Virus record (IMG/VR): IMGVR_UViG_3300019850_000189 | Coordinates: 32,001-96,000 of that record | Strand: one strand, 5' to 3' | Origin: a virus | DNA: 64,000 bases | Shown: positions 63,283 through 64,000 of the stretch, piece by piece | Layout of the letters: each line of letters starts with the position of its first letter | Position numbering within the stretch: the stretch's first letter is position 1 | Notes under the pieces: generated by a model | What the model saw: only the letters and a program-made list of their open reading frames with translations | Database searches by the model: none | What the model was told of the DNA's origin: nothing | Position numbers and translations under genes: made by a program

Positions 63283-63498
63283 ATGATGGAAAAGCGTGTT
63301 TTTATAGATACTAAAAAGAAGATGATATATATCCAAGTGCCATCTAATGTAAAATTGAAGAGTGATGTATTTTTGAAGATTTATAGTAAAAAAATCAAAC
63401 TTTTCAAGAATAAGGAAAAGTATGATGTATATACCATAAAGTGCTCTAATTTATCAGAGGCATTTAATCTTCAAGAAAGTCTGCTTAATAGTTTATGA
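63283..63498 (+). CDS. Hypothetical protein
   Basis: ORF after a CATATATA motif; stop abuts tRNA-Lys. Confidence 0.5.
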   Translation: MMEKRVFIDTKKKMIYIQVPSNVKLKSDVFLKIYSKKIKLFKNKEKYDVYTIKCSNLSEAFNLQESLLNSL

Positions 63499-63572
63499 GG
63501 GTCAGTGACGCAATATGGTAGCGTAATCGGCTTTTAACCGATAAGTTGGGGGTCCAAATCCCTTCTGGCCCA
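63499..63572 (+). tRNA. tRNA-Lys(TTT), C55
   Basis: gggtcag/ctggccc; ctTTTaa; T-loop TCCAAAT. Confidence 0.9.
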
Positions 63573-63620
63573 AAAAGAGAGTATAGTTAAGTGTATATTT
63601 TATATAAAAAGAAATATATC

Positions 63621-63694
63621 GAGCCAGTAGCTCAGCGGATTAGAGCACAAGTTTGCGGAACTTGAGGTCATGGGTTCGAGTCCCATCTAGCTCA
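63621..63694 (+). tRNA. tRNA-Arg(GCG)
   Basis: gagccag/ctagctc; caagt-ttGCGga-acttg. Confidence 0.85.
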
Positions 63695-63706
63695 ATAGGA
63701 GATAAA

Positions 63707-63904
63707 ATGAAAAGAATAACAATAACTATTACAGCTGAGCATTATGCGGAGGCCATTAGTCAGGCTTATGAGGCCGGATATAAGTCTGCATCTTCAGTGC
63801 TTGCGGTCTCTTCTCTATCTGTGAAATCTGAGAGACTTAAAAATTATGTACTGAAAAAGTGTAATGAATCTATTCGGAGAAAATACGGTAATGCACATAG
63901 ATGA
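63707..63904 (+). CDS. Hypothetical protein
   Basis: AGGAG SD before ATG 63707. Confidence 0.6.
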   Translation: MKRITITITAEHYAEAISQAYEAGYKSASSVLAVSSLSVKSERLKNYVLKKCNESIRRKYGNAHR

Positions 63905-64000
63905 GCATGATAGAAAAATATATGCATGGATGGAGGGGCTTTTAGCTCTTTATGAGACATTCGGAACAGAGTGGTTCTCGACCACAGAAGGAGTAGAAGC

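Noticed and set aside
1-64000. Stop-codon reassignment (TAG or TGA recoding, as in some large phages)
   Set aside because: Long conserved genes are intact in code 11, all three stops end genes at sensible positions, and no suppressor-anticodon tRNA was found.
1-64000. CRISPR array or other spacer-repeat array
   Set aside because: No regularly spaced identical repeats with unique spacers were seen; the repeats found are coding tandem repeats, promoter copies or tRNA arms.
46600-64000. tmRNA or SRP RNA in the array
   Set aside because: No Ala-type tmRNA ends enclosing a tag ORF and no SRP helix-8 motif were recognised.

Overview
This window comes from a large, AT-rich, T4-like (myovirus) jumbo-phage genome, probably infecting a diderm host (an outer-membrane beta-barrel and several lipoproteins are encoded). 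It uses the standard genetic code and codes almost entirely on the + strand. 1-13.2 kb is a virion module: small basic proteins, a ferritin-like protein, gp14-like neck, gp15-like tail terminator, sheath, an inverted endonuclease-like gene, tube, and gp26/gp51-like hub genes. 13.3-29.5 kb is recombination and accessory: SbcD/SbcC (gp47/gp46), DUF1599-like protein, HNH, an intein-bearing transglutaminase-like gene, peptide deformylase, and a uvsX/recA gene broken into two ORFs by an apparently naturally split intein. 31-36.7 kb is a restriction-modification island. 37.7-45.6 kb holds rIIA, truncated rIIB, an intein-bearing thymidylate synthase and a Dam-like protein with a degenerate active site. 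46.6-63.7 kb is a dispersed RNA array: 29 recognisable tRNAs, 3 aberrant tRNA-like elements, an ~820-nt GOLLD-like RNA, a compact ~237-nt RNase P RNA, an unassigned ~235-nt structured RNA, endonuclease IV and Pth2. The strongest leads are (1) the split-intein uvsX, (2) systematic U-to-C changes at the invariant U33 and U55 of 12 tRNAs, (3) the large ncRNAs, and (4) capsid-targeting-like N-terminal leaders on a ferritin-like protein and its neighbours. All family calls come from motif recognition by eye; no searches were run.
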